Below, piece by piece: positions 19,328 to 28,108 of a stretch of 64,000 nt of DNA. The translations under genes and the position numbers were made by a program. The notes below the pieces were generated by a model. It worked only from the letters and a program-made list of their open reading frames with translations, was not told the DNA's origin and did not search any database. The DNA lies in contig JAILLA010000074.1 in assembly GCA_024693325.1 (NCBI GenBank), positions 2,480 to 66,479 on the forward strand, read 5' to 3'. The first letter of the stretch is position 1. Each line of letters opens with the position of its first letter. Source of the stretch: Solobacterium sp. Lineage in GTDB: Bacteria > Bacillota_I > Bacilli_A > Erysipelotrichales > Erysipelotrichaceae.

Positions 19328-21271
19328 ATGAATTATGTTCAGGAATACTTCTGCCCACATTGTGGTGCAATACTAAACGACCAACCTGGATTTGATCCAG
19401 ATAATGGAACGTGGATATGTACCGAATGCGGTCAAATGCTAATGGATGATGATATATCCAATAGTGACACCTATGAAGGTATTGCATGGTTTTGCGATAA
19501 TTGTGGAGCTCTATTGAATCGGCAGGTTGGGTTTTCCGACAGCTATGGATCATGGACATGCACTGAATGTGGTCATGTAAACGGGACAACAGACCATGAT
19601 ATTATCAATGGATTTAAGTGTCCAAAATGCGGTGCAACGCTGGATGTTCAAAGTGGTTTCAACAAATACGATGATGACTGGGAGTGCACAGAGTGTGGTG
19701 CTCATCTGCATCATTCGTATAGTGATGATGAATATGAGGAGGTTGAGGAACCAAAGCACAGGTGCCCCAATTGTGATGCCCCACTGGATATTCAATGGGG
19801 GTATAACGAATATGACGACTATTGGAAATGTACGGAATGTGGAGCTAAGTTGCATCATAGTTACAGCGATGATGACTATACTGTCATAAAACATGTTTGC
19901 CCCAATTGTGATGCCCCACTGGATATTCAATGGGGGTATAACGAATATGACGACTATTGGGAATGCACGGAATGTGGAGCGCATCTGCATCATGATTATT
20001 CAGATGAAGAGTATTCAATTGTCGAAGATGAAGAAGAGAATTCTTATGAAGATAAAGAAAGCGATTCTGATGAGGAAGAGTCAGAAGATAATTCTGGATA
20101 TTCCGGATACAGTTATTCATTTGAGGACAGGAGAACTTCTGAAAGCAACAAAGCACACAGAACTTATCAATCCCCGACACGACCGGCAAGTTCTACTTAC
20201 TCGGAAGTAAAACTAAAAAAGAAGAAATCAGGCTGGTTTGGAATAATACTATTGTTATTGATGCTCTTAGGCGCAGCAGGCTATATGGGACGTGATTACT
20301 TCACTACTCTTGGAGATACAGAAAGTCATCTGGGAGAAGTGAAACTCACATACTCGGCCAGTGCTTATGAAGATGAGAATTACTATAATGCCATCATTAA
20401 AATTTTGAAACAAGGCTTATCTAACATTCGCTTAACACCTTTGAATGATCTCAAAAGTGGTATCTTCTCTGGCGATGGAAAGAAAGAAGGAATCATAGAG
20501 ACTATAGAGATTGCTGGTATATCAGATTTCCAATCGGGTACTTGGGTAGATGCGATGTCAGTGGTAAGCATCACATATCACTCTTTTGAGAAAACTGAAA
20601 AGAATGGATATGATCCCAGCAAAAACAACCACTCGATTATAAATGGCATAGATATTGCTTTGCCTATGTATTTGGTAAATGACACCCAAGGTGATGGAAA
20701 TGCAACGTACCACGATAAAGGAGACGAAGAGGCTCAGTTTTTAGTGTCATTTGACAGTCAAGAAGAATGGACTGATATAAAGCAGTATGATACATACTAT
20801 GTCCTGAAACAGGAGAATCGATGGTTCTCGGAGATGTCAGGTGAAGAAATGATTGCGCTTGGAAAAATGAACGACAAGGTTTATTTAATCCAGGCGGTCA
20901 CGGCAGACACAAAAACAGATTCAGAGTATCTTCATATTGTGATGAAAGTCCCGGACACAAGTAGGGCAGACTATTCATCAGATTTCAAGGCAATTCTTTC
21001 TGGTATTTACATTCCAAAGGAATCGGAAATACGAATAGATTTCACTATAAAAGACTATAAAGGGGATAATTATAATGATGTAGTTTCTGCTCTTGAGAGC
21101 AAGGGATTTAAGAATGTAAAGGTTGAAAACCTTCAAGACGTTGTGTTGGGTATCTTTGCTAAAGATGGCATTGTTGAAAGTGTCTTTATAGATGGTAAGG
21201 ATGACTATAAAGTGGGTGACTGGATTAGTAATCAATCAGAAGTCATAGTTACCTACCATGGAAAGAAATAA
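19328..21271 (+). CDS. membrane protein with five N-terminal double-zinc-ribbon repeats, an acidic linker, one TM helix and PASTA-like extracellular domains
   Basis: CP.CG...W.CTECG occurs five times. The TM helix is WFGIILLLLMLLGAAGYM, and the C-terminus has PASTA-like modules. Confidence 0.7.
   Translation: MNYVQEYFCPHCGAILNDQPGFDPDNGTWICTECGQMLMDDDISNSDTYEGIAWFCDNCGALLNRQVGFSDSYGSWTCTECGHVNGTTDHDIINGFKCPKCGATLDVQSGFNKYDDDWECTECGAHLHHSYSDDEYEEVEEPKHRCPNCDAPLDIQWGYNEYDDYWKCTECGAKLHHSYSDDDYTVIKHVCPNCDAPLDIQWGYNEYDDYWECTECGAHLHHDYSDEEYSIVEDEEENSYEDKESDSDEEESEDNSGYSGYSYSFEDRRTSESNKAHRTYQSPTRPASSTYSEVKLKKKKSGWFGIILLLLMLLGAAGYMGRDYFTTLGDTESHLGEVKLTYSASAYEDENYYNAIIKILKQGLSNIRLTPLNDLKSGIFSGDGKKEGIIETIEIAGISDFQSGTWVDAMSVVSITYHSFEKTEKNGYDPSKNNHSIINGIDIALPMYLVNDTQGDGNATYHDKGDEEAQFLVSFDSQEEWTDIKQYDTYYVLKQENRWFSEMSGEEMIALGKMNDKVYLIQAVTADTKTDSEYLHIVMKVPDTSRADYSSDFKAILSGIYIPKESEIRIDFTIKDYKGDNYNDVVSALESKGFKNVKVENLQDVVLGIFAKDGIVESVFIDGKDDYKVGDWISNQSEVIVTYHGKK
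19616..20032 (+). repeat. in-frame tandem coding repeats (45-48 codons); the last two units share a perfect 63-bp block
   Basis: TGCCCCAATTGTGATGCCCCACTGGATATTCAATGGGGGTATAACGAATATGACGACTATTGG occurs at 19763 and 19898, a period of 135 bp. Confidence 0.9.
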
Positions 21272-21321
21272 TATTACTGCTTATCTGTTTAAAAATACAT
21301 AGGTTCAGGGAAGAAAGTTAG

Positions 21322-21791
21322 ATGGCACGAGCATCAAAAAAGGAAAACAAAGCCATATATCAGGTGTGTCTGGAAGAACTTGGACTCAGCAAAGAGAAGG
21401 CTAGTGAACTTTTAGAATCGATACCGCCAGAAAGATTCGTGTGGATTGAAAGCGACAAATTTACAACGTATCTAAATGAGGTGATAGTGATTGCCGAAAA
21501 GTATCGGGTTCCACATCTCTGCAAGTTTTGACGACAATGGTCTGCAGTGTACACAAATGAATCTGGCTATAGTTGCTGACTATACTAGAAAATAAAATTT
21601 TTGAAAATTCATTTAAATCATTTTTGATTGACTTGAAAACCTCTTTTGCGGATACCAAAGAAATAAAAGAGCACGTGAAAACATCTCTAGAGCAATATAT
21701 GCTGAATGTTTATCATAACGTGAGAAATTCTCTCGATGATGTTTCAGACATAATTAAGTCAATTGATTTCGATGAGTTTTATCAAGACTAA
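21322..21791 (+). pseudogene. possible frameshifted XRE-type HTH regulator
   Basis: The 69-aa ORF matches the N-terminal pattern GLS.EKASELL...ERF..IES...T...EV...AEKY..P.LC, then stops. A TTG-started 72-aa ORF in another frame follows. Confidence 0.3.
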
Positions 21792-21891
21792 ATTAATGAA
21801 ATTATTCGAAATCTATAATAACATGATAAATGAGTGTTATTCTTTTCTGATAATACAGACTGTGAATAATTGATTTCATTATCAGGAGGTA

Positions 21892-23001
21892 ATGATGGAA
21901 ACTAGGTTTTTGACATACGAAACATGTTCTGAAGAAAAGACACGTAAAATACTGCTTTGTAAAGGAATACCGTTTTTTATCGCGGCAATTATTGTGTTTG
22001 TTATAGGAATAATCAGAATTCTATCAGGATTTGGCATTACTGTCCTTATCACTTTCGTTATCTCCGCTTTGTTTTGTGGACTTGGACTTCAACCTTTATT
22101 ATTGTGGCCAGAAGATAATAAAAGAGCATATGTAGATTCAATACTGTTCCGTAGATTTCTTGTTGAGAAGAAAAAAGAAGGATACACATACACAAAAAAT
22201 GACATCGAAAAACTGAGGTTCGCATATGATCCTCTGTTCAAAGAGAAGATAATCAAGTCAATTCATGAAACAGAGGATGCTGAGTATGAGAAAAACGTTG
22301 CGAAAGCAGAGAAAAAAGTGAATAGTCTAATTAATATGTACGATCAAACTCTTAAGGATTTATCTCAAGCGAGATGGGAGAATCTGGGCTCAGGTTTGGA
22401 GAGTAATCGAACGGAAGGTAAGTTTCGCTTGAATGGCCAGGAATATGTATATAGCAGTATTTATGGGGCGAGATTGAATCAGTTTATGGGATCCAGAACT
22501 GAGACTAAGACAAATGAAGTGACTGAGGTAGATAATACAACCAAAAAACATGTTTCGATTGGCGGAGCTGTTGTTGGTGGACTTGTTGCTGGACCTATTG
22601 GTGCGGTTGCAGGCGGTGTTGCTCTCGCTAAAATGAAAAATAAAGGAAATGTTAGAACAAATACATACGTTACATCTACGGAAGTACCTACATGTAATCA
22701 TTTAGGTGTTGAAGTAAATATAAATGGATTTATTTCAGAAATTGTTTTAATTGCTAAACCAATTGATCAATCTAATCCTAAGTATGCTAATGCGCTAAAC
22801 GAAGCACAGCATATTATCTCCAATCTTCAGTATCTGTCAACGTTGCCAGTACCGGAGAATTACATTGACGTTGAAGAAGAACCAGAACTGATATCATTAA
22901 GTGAAAGAATCGATCAGGCACAGATCGAGATGGCAATTATAAAAAAGAACGTGCCTACATATGAAATCCCAGAAAGATATATTCTTCGTGATGTAGATTG
23001 A
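21892..23001 (+). CDS. hypothetical membrane protein with a glycine-zipper segment
   Basis: N-terminal TM helices and GGAVVGGLVAGPIGAVAGGVALA. RBS is AGGAGG. Confidence 0.6.
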   Translation: MMETRFLTYETCSEEKTRKILLCKGIPFFIAAIIVFVIGIIRILSGFGITVLITFVISALFCGLGLQPLLLWPEDNKRAYVDSILFRRFLVEKKKEGYTYTKNDIEKLRFAYDPLFKEKIIKSIHETEDAEYEKNVAKAEKKVNSLINMYDQTLKDLSQARWENLGSGLESNRTEGKFRLNGQEYVYSSIYGARLNQFMGSRTETKTNEVTEVDNTTKKHVSIGGAVVGGLVAGPIGAVAGGVALAKMKNKGNVRTNTYVTSTEVPTCNHLGVEVNINGFISEIVLIAKPIDQSNPKYANALNEAQHIISNLQYLSTLPVPENYIDVEEEPELISLSERIDQAQIEMAIIKKNVPTYEIPERYILRDVD

Positions 23002-23166
23002 TTTCATGTTTAGTTTACATAAGAGAACTGAAAGAATGTTTTCTAAATGAAATCAAATACGAAAACATTATTTTTAAAGATAAAGGGTATTTGTATTTTT
23101 GATCATAATCAAAAATCAGTAACATACAAAAAAGCACACTATACTAATGAATAATGGGGGCCACAT

Positions 23167-25080
23167 ATGAAACGGATAATAACTATAATAATAGCTTCAT
23201 TTCTATTTTTGGTTGGATGCAGTGGAGGAGAAACAAGGAGTTCTTCTGATTCTTCGGTAAATGATACCGGCAAAATTGAAATGATAGATGTTTTGAACAT
23301 GGAACTTCCAAAAGCTAAATTGGCTTTGGATAAAGCAGGATTTACTAGTGTGAAATCTAATTATGATAATAACAACTCGTGGGATGAAACGAAGCTGATA
23401 GTAGTAGAACAAAATATACAATCTGGCAAAAAGGCTGATCCGAATGATGAGATAGTTCTTACATGTAGAAAACTATGTGAATTGTATTTTGATTTGGAGT
23501 CGGAATACAATTTACTATTTAATAAATATGACCTTGACTTATATATTGATAACCAGGAAATTGGTTCAATATCAAATGGACAAAAATTCACAAAACTAGT
23601 TGAGGTTTTAGAAGGAGAACACACGTTTACTGTATATAAAGCCGGTGGTAAGAGTACAAAAGCAACAAAAACCATAAATGTGTCTGATCATATGACTTTT
23701 AAAAGCAAGATTACACATGGTGGCAGTATTTCATTTGAAAATTCTGAGTTGAAATATGGTGTAGAAGGCTCAAGTTTGGAAGTGATTGATGTAACAAACA
23801 AAATTTTAGCAGATGCGAAAAATTCATTGAAATCACTCGGCTTTGTTAATGTGCGAGAGGAACCCTATGGTGATATTTGGGATGACAACAACTGGATCGT
23901 AACATCACAAAGCGTAAAAGCTGGAGAAAAGATAGACAAAAACAAAAACATTCAGCTTAATTGCATTAAACTGGATAATTATTATAACGACGCTTACTCT
24001 GGCAAAACACTTGATGTAGTACAAGATATGGCTGCTGAATTGGGTGTTTCTTTGAAATACAGAAATTCTCAGGACAATAAAGATCTGGATGAAACCATTG
24101 GGTCATTACCTGATGATTCGAAGGAGTACTGGATAGTTGAAAGTGCGGAAAACTGGGTGACAAAAACAGCTTTGTTATACTTAACATATCTCGGTACGCC
24201 TGAAGAAAAAGCTGCGGCAGAAGCAAAGGAACAGTTAATTAATGAGTTGGAATCCAATATTCCAAAAGAAAATGCAAAAAAGGCAATCGTTGTAGCCTTT
24301 ACAAACAATAGTTCTATTGATGTGTTTACAGACGATGGTAATTATTACGACCCAGCCAAACTGCACGGTTATGATTATAATGGTGAATTCAAACAAACAA
24401 TAACAAAGGAAGGTACATGGACTGCTTTGGATAATACTACATGGCATGTTGAAAATATGTATCTGCTGATGAAAGTATATGATCAGGCAACAAAATTATC
24501 GTGTAATGTCACTTTTGATGGGAATAATTACATTGTTTCTAATGTGAATTACAAGACAGCAACTCCGAAATATATTGATACAGATGATCCTCAAAAAACG
24601 TCTGGATGGATGAAAATGGAACCGGATGAGTATTATATCTTCCTAAAAGTTCCTGCTGAATTAGTAACTGGTAATGGTGGTCAAAATACTGTTACTGAAA
24701 CATATTATGATGCTGGTACAACAAAAGAGAATACCAGTACTTCAATGAATTCTGAATATGAAGACTGGGTATATAGTCAATTCAGCAGTTGGGACGGATC
24801 ACATAAACAACTTACTAAATTGATAAAAAAGAGTCTGAATGATGAGAAATCGTATAAGCATATTGATACAAAATTCTATACTGCAACTGATCAGGGAATG
24901 GTCGACGAATTTAATAAGATTTTATCTTCGTCAGGATACAGTGATCGAATGGAACTGAACGATATTCTGATTCTTACAGAATTCTCTGCGAAAAACAGTT
25001 TTAATGCAACAATTAAAGCAACTGCTATAGGAATATCCAGTTATAAAAACCAAACAATAAAACTTGTTGGAATTGAATGA
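23167..25080 (+). CDS. lipoprotein with PASTA-like domains
   Basis: Signal peptide plus lipobox FLFLVGC. Two PASTA-like modules are present (...LPKAKLALDKAGF..., ...LADAKNSLKSLGF...). Confidence 0.7.
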   Translation: MKRIITIIIASFLFLVGCSGGETRSSSDSSVNDTGKIEMIDVLNMELPKAKLALDKAGFTSVKSNYDNNNSWDETKLIVVEQNIQSGKKADPNDEIVLTCRKLCELYFDLESEYNLLFNKYDLDLYIDNQEIGSISNGQKFTKLVEVLEGEHTFTVYKAGGKSTKATKTINVSDHMTFKSKITHGGSISFENSELKYGVEGSSLEVIDVTNKILADAKNSLKSLGFVNVREEPYGDIWDDNNWIVTSQSVKAGEKIDKNKNIQLNCIKLDNYYNDAYSGKTLDVVQDMAAELGVSLKYRNSQDNKDLDETIGSLPDDSKEYWIVESAENWVTKTALLYLTYLGTPEEKAAAEAKEQLINELESNIPKENAKKAIVVAFTNNSSIDVFTDDGNYYDPAKLHGYDYNGEFKQTITKEGTWTALDNTTWHVENMYLLMKVYDQATKLSCNVTFDGNNYIVSNVNYKTATPKYIDTDDPQKTSGWMKMEPDEYYIFLKVPAELVTGNGGQNTVTETYYDAGTTKENTSTSMNSEYEDWVYSQFSSWDGSHKQLTKLIKKSLNDEKSYKHIDTKFYTATDQGMVDEFNKILSSSGYSDRMELNDILILTEFSAKNSFNATIKATAIGISSYKNQTIKLVGIE

Positions 25081-25198
25081 TTATATAGAAAAACCACAGT
25101 GTTCTATTGATACGACATGGAAAATTATACGAATGATGTGTATCTGTTTATATTCTTAACAACTTCTTCAATGAGAGATATGAAATTGAGGAGAAAAT

Positions 25199-25420
25199 AT
25201 GGCAAACACAGAAGAATGGAAAATAGAATCCGAGAGTACTGTTAGCGCAGAAGATGATTCAGCAAATCCCAACATGCCAAGATGGATACATGACAAAGTA
25301 GAGAATCCAGCTTATTTTGGAGGTATTAAACGTCTTCCTTCCTGTATCTGCAGCAATTGCGGTTTCCATGCTAATAGGGAAAGACCTGTCTGTCCAAGAT
25401 GCGGTGCGAAAATGAAATGA
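25199..25420 (+). CDS. small zinc-ribbon protein
   Basis: 73 aa with CSNCG...CPRCG at the C-terminus. RBS is GAGGAG. Confidence 0.5.
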   Translation: MANTEEWKIESESTVSAEDDSANPNMPRWIHDKVENPAYFGGIKRLPSCICSNCGFHANRERPVCPRCGAKMK

Positions 25421-25747
25421 TATGTCAGTATAACTGCTTTATTGTCATGTTGATATGTTCATTGGGAGAAGTGATGGGTGTTCAGCTGATAACGGAAACA
25501 CTGTATTACAGACTGCAGGAACTCGGATAGTTTGAAACGAGGACATCCATATAGAGCACTGCACCTGATAATTTCAGAGAACTGGAACGTGCACTGTTCT
25601 GTGAACGCAGAAACAGAACAGTATGTAATTTCCGTAACAGTGCGTGATCATATTACTTCGTACAGGAATGGAAAGGACATATCTGAATTTGATTCTATGA
25701 ATTAAAGATTTGTCTTTTCATTAAGCCCTAATATATGATGTTGAAAT

Positions 25748-25785
25748 AAGGCTTCTTGAGAACAAGCTAGTTCTCAGGAAGCCTT
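25748..25785. terminator. strong hairpin (16-bp stem, one G-U) lacking a clear U-tract
   Basis: AAGGCTTCTTGAGAAC-aagcta-GTTCTCAGGAAGCCTT. Confidence 0.4.
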
Positions 25786-25948
25786 TATACTGTACGAACG
25801 GTAACGATACGTGTAATCAAAACTGTAGCTTGGCAGTTTTTTTGCATAATAAGTGCTCTACGATGTCATTGTGAGAAGAATTACAGTCTCATATAATGCC
25901 AATCAATATTGGACTGATCAGTACAGGCATAAAGCCAGGGAGGAGAAC

Positions 25949-26620
25949 ATGAATAAAATAATCAAAACCATTTTTGCACTACTATTGACAATATCAGTTG
26001 TCGGATGCAGCAGTACCAATACTGATGAATCAGTACCTGAAAACAGTACATCAAGCCCGGCTGAATCAATAGGGACCGAGAGCACAGAACCACCTGTAAA
26101 CGAAGACGATGAAATTGAGGATGAAGGATGGGAAAAACTGGAAAGTCTTGGAAAGGTACAGACAGAAAATGGTATTTTCTTTGTTTATATTACTGTACCT
26201 GCAGATATTGTCGGAACTGATGTTACGCAGGAAAAAATAGATGCTAATGCTGGAGAAACATACACATCCGGAGTTTTGAATGAAGATGGATCTGTCACGT
26301 ATAAGATGACGAAAAAGCAGCATAAAGCAATGATGGATACCATTAAAGAAAGTCTGGATAATGCTCTTCAGGATATGGTAGATGATGAAAAGAATGCGAT
26401 TACTGAGATCAGACATAATAAAGATTTCACAGAGTTTGATGTTACTCTCAGTACAAATGAATTAGGGCTTACAGAAAGTTTCCTCGTACTTGGATTCTAT
26501 GTGTACGGGGGAATGTATGCCATTTTCTCCGGGGAAGAAGCAGCCAATATTTGTGTAAATTACTATGCACCAGATGGAACACTAATCGATACTGCTAATT
26601 CGGCTGATATGAATAATTGA
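25949..26620 (+). CDS. lipoprotein, function unknown
   Basis: Internal start MNKIIKTIFALLLTISVVGCSS (lipobox), preceded by GGGAGGAG. Confidence 0.65.
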   Translation: MNKIIKTIFALLLTISVVGCSSTNTDESVPENSTSSPAESIGTESTEPPVNEDDEIEDEGWEKLESLGKVQTENGIFFVYITVPADIVGTDVTQEKIDANAGETYTSGVLNEDGSVTYKMTKKQHKAMMDTIKESLDNALQDMVDDEKNAITEIRHNKDFTEFDVTLSTNELGLTESFLVLGFYVYGGMYAIFSGEEAANICVNYYAPDGTLIDTANSADMNN

Positions 26621-26641
26621 TGAAAGGACGGACAAGAAACT

Positions 26642-27958
26642 ATGATCTCGACAAAAAATGATCTTCGCATTGCCTTAACACCGTTACTTGCAATGTGCCT
26701 TATGACTGGTTGCAGTTCAAAAGAAGAAACCGTCATTACTCCTTCCGGACAGAATACTGAGAGTAAAAGCACTCCAGCAGCAACAAATAATGTTATAGAT
26801 AACAGAAAAGCATCAACAGCAGAAAGTTTCTCAGCTGATGATTTTGAAACAGAAGGTTATCTGTACGAGAATTCAATCGGTGATTCGCTTTACTTTGTGA
26901 TTGTAAAAAACAACTCAAAAGCAATTGTGTCTGTTGATGGAAATGCTGTTGCAAAAGACAGCAGCGGTAATTCTATTGGCGCCGGAAGTATGTCAATTAA
27001 TGTACTTGGTCCTGATGAGACCTCGATCGGTTATTTCTATTTTTCTGATGTATCAGGTATTGATTCTGTAGAATATCAGCTGAATTATTCCAAGGAAACA
27101 TTCTATAAACCGGTTATTCATAACTTGGATGTAAGTCAGGTACTCAATGAGAAAAACGTAACGGTGACTGTTACAAATGTCGGTGATATCAATGCGCAGT
27201 TTGTTGAGGCGTATGCATTATTCTTCAATTCGGATAATGAAGTGATTGCGTATGAAAGCCGCTATATTACTGACCATGACAGTGAAATTAAACCTGGCAG
27301 TACTTTATCAGGACAATTGAGTATTTACGGATCCGATTATGATCATGCGGCAGTGTACTTTACAGGACGTTCAGATGGAAGCAGTTCTAAGGCAGACTCC
27401 AGTGTCACTGATAAAGATTTCACTGTTTCTGAATACTCATATGAGAATTCAATTGGCAATACATTGTACTATCTGGTGGTCAAAAACAATTCAGAATATG
27501 ATGCTGCAATAAATGCAAATGGAACTGCATATGATGCGAATAATACAGTGATTGGAGCCGCTGACGCATCAATTAATGTAATTGGTCCTGGACAGACATC
27601 AATTTGTTACTTCTATTTTGACGGCTGCACCAATATTGATCATGTTGATTATCAAATGTTCTATGAAACAGATTTGTATTATGAGGACATACTTCATAAC
27701 CTAGCTGTCGAAAGTACCGTAAACTCAAATAACGTTATAGTTTCTGTAACTAATAATGGCAGTGTTCCTGCAGAATTTGTCGAAGCATATGCATTGTTCT
27801 TTGATGACAGTCATAACCTGGTTTATGTCGATTCAAATTATATTACGGATAATGATTCGGAAATCAAACCCGGAGCTACTCTGACAAAGCAATTTGATCC
27901 GTATCAAGCGTTTACCGATGCAGAGATTTATCTGACAGGCAGGCATTCAAAACACTGA
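26642..27958 (+). CDS. lipoprotein made of two ~180-aa internal repeats
   Basis: Lipobox is LMTGC. Repeat A is about 26837-27376 and repeat B about 27410-27955 (YENSIG..LY...VKNNS...FVEAYALFF...YITD.DSEIKPG). Confidence 0.7.
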   Translation: MISTKNDLRIALTPLLAMCLMTGCSSKEETVITPSGQNTESKSTPAATNNVIDNRKASTAESFSADDFETEGYLYENSIGDSLYFVIVKNNSKAIVSVDGNAVAKDSSGNSIGAGSMSINVLGPDETSIGYFYFSDVSGIDSVEYQLNYSKETFYKPVIHNLDVSQVLNEKNVTVTVTNVGDINAQFVEAYALFFNSDNEVIAYESRYITDHDSEIKPGSTLSGQLSIYGSDYDHAAVYFTGRSDGSSSKADSSVTDKDFTVSEYSYENSIGNTLYYLVVKNNSEYDAAINANGTAYDANNTVIGAADASINVIGPGQTSICYFYFDGCTNIDHVDYQMFYETDLYYEDILHNLAVESTVNSNNVIVSVTNNGSVPAEFVEAYALFFDDSHNLVYVDSNYITDNDSEIKPGATLTKQFDPYQAFTDAEIYLTGRHSKH

Positions 27959-28060
27959 TTCACAGAATTATGGATATACAGATATTGTGAGATCGAATGC
28001 TATGCAAACCAGTGGTAACAAATAATACTGCACAATAAAACAGAACAGATATTCTTCATC

Positions 28061-28088
28061 AACAGAAACGCCGGTCACGTGACCGGCG
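28061..28088 (-). terminator. intrinsic terminator after the M20 gene (palindromic, may act in both directions)
   Basis: CGCCGGTCAC/GTGACCGGCG stem, followed on the minus strand by TTTCTGTT. Confidence 0.6.
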
Positions 28089-28108
28089 CTTACTGTTGAT
28101 GTTGTGTC

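Noticed and set aside
25440-25700. Possible gene remnant or structured RNA in the 530-bp gap between 25420 and 25949
   Set aside because: I could find only short broken frames and no motif I recognise. Apart from the strong hairpin at 25748-25785, nothing here can be supported without a database search.
9740-28108. Direct repeats marking island insertion (TTCAT(AT)CAACA(A/G)A near 9764 and 28047)
   Set aside because: The match is only ~12 nt, imperfect and AT-rich, so it is easily chance. With no integrase or tRNA nearby, I do not claim attachment sites.
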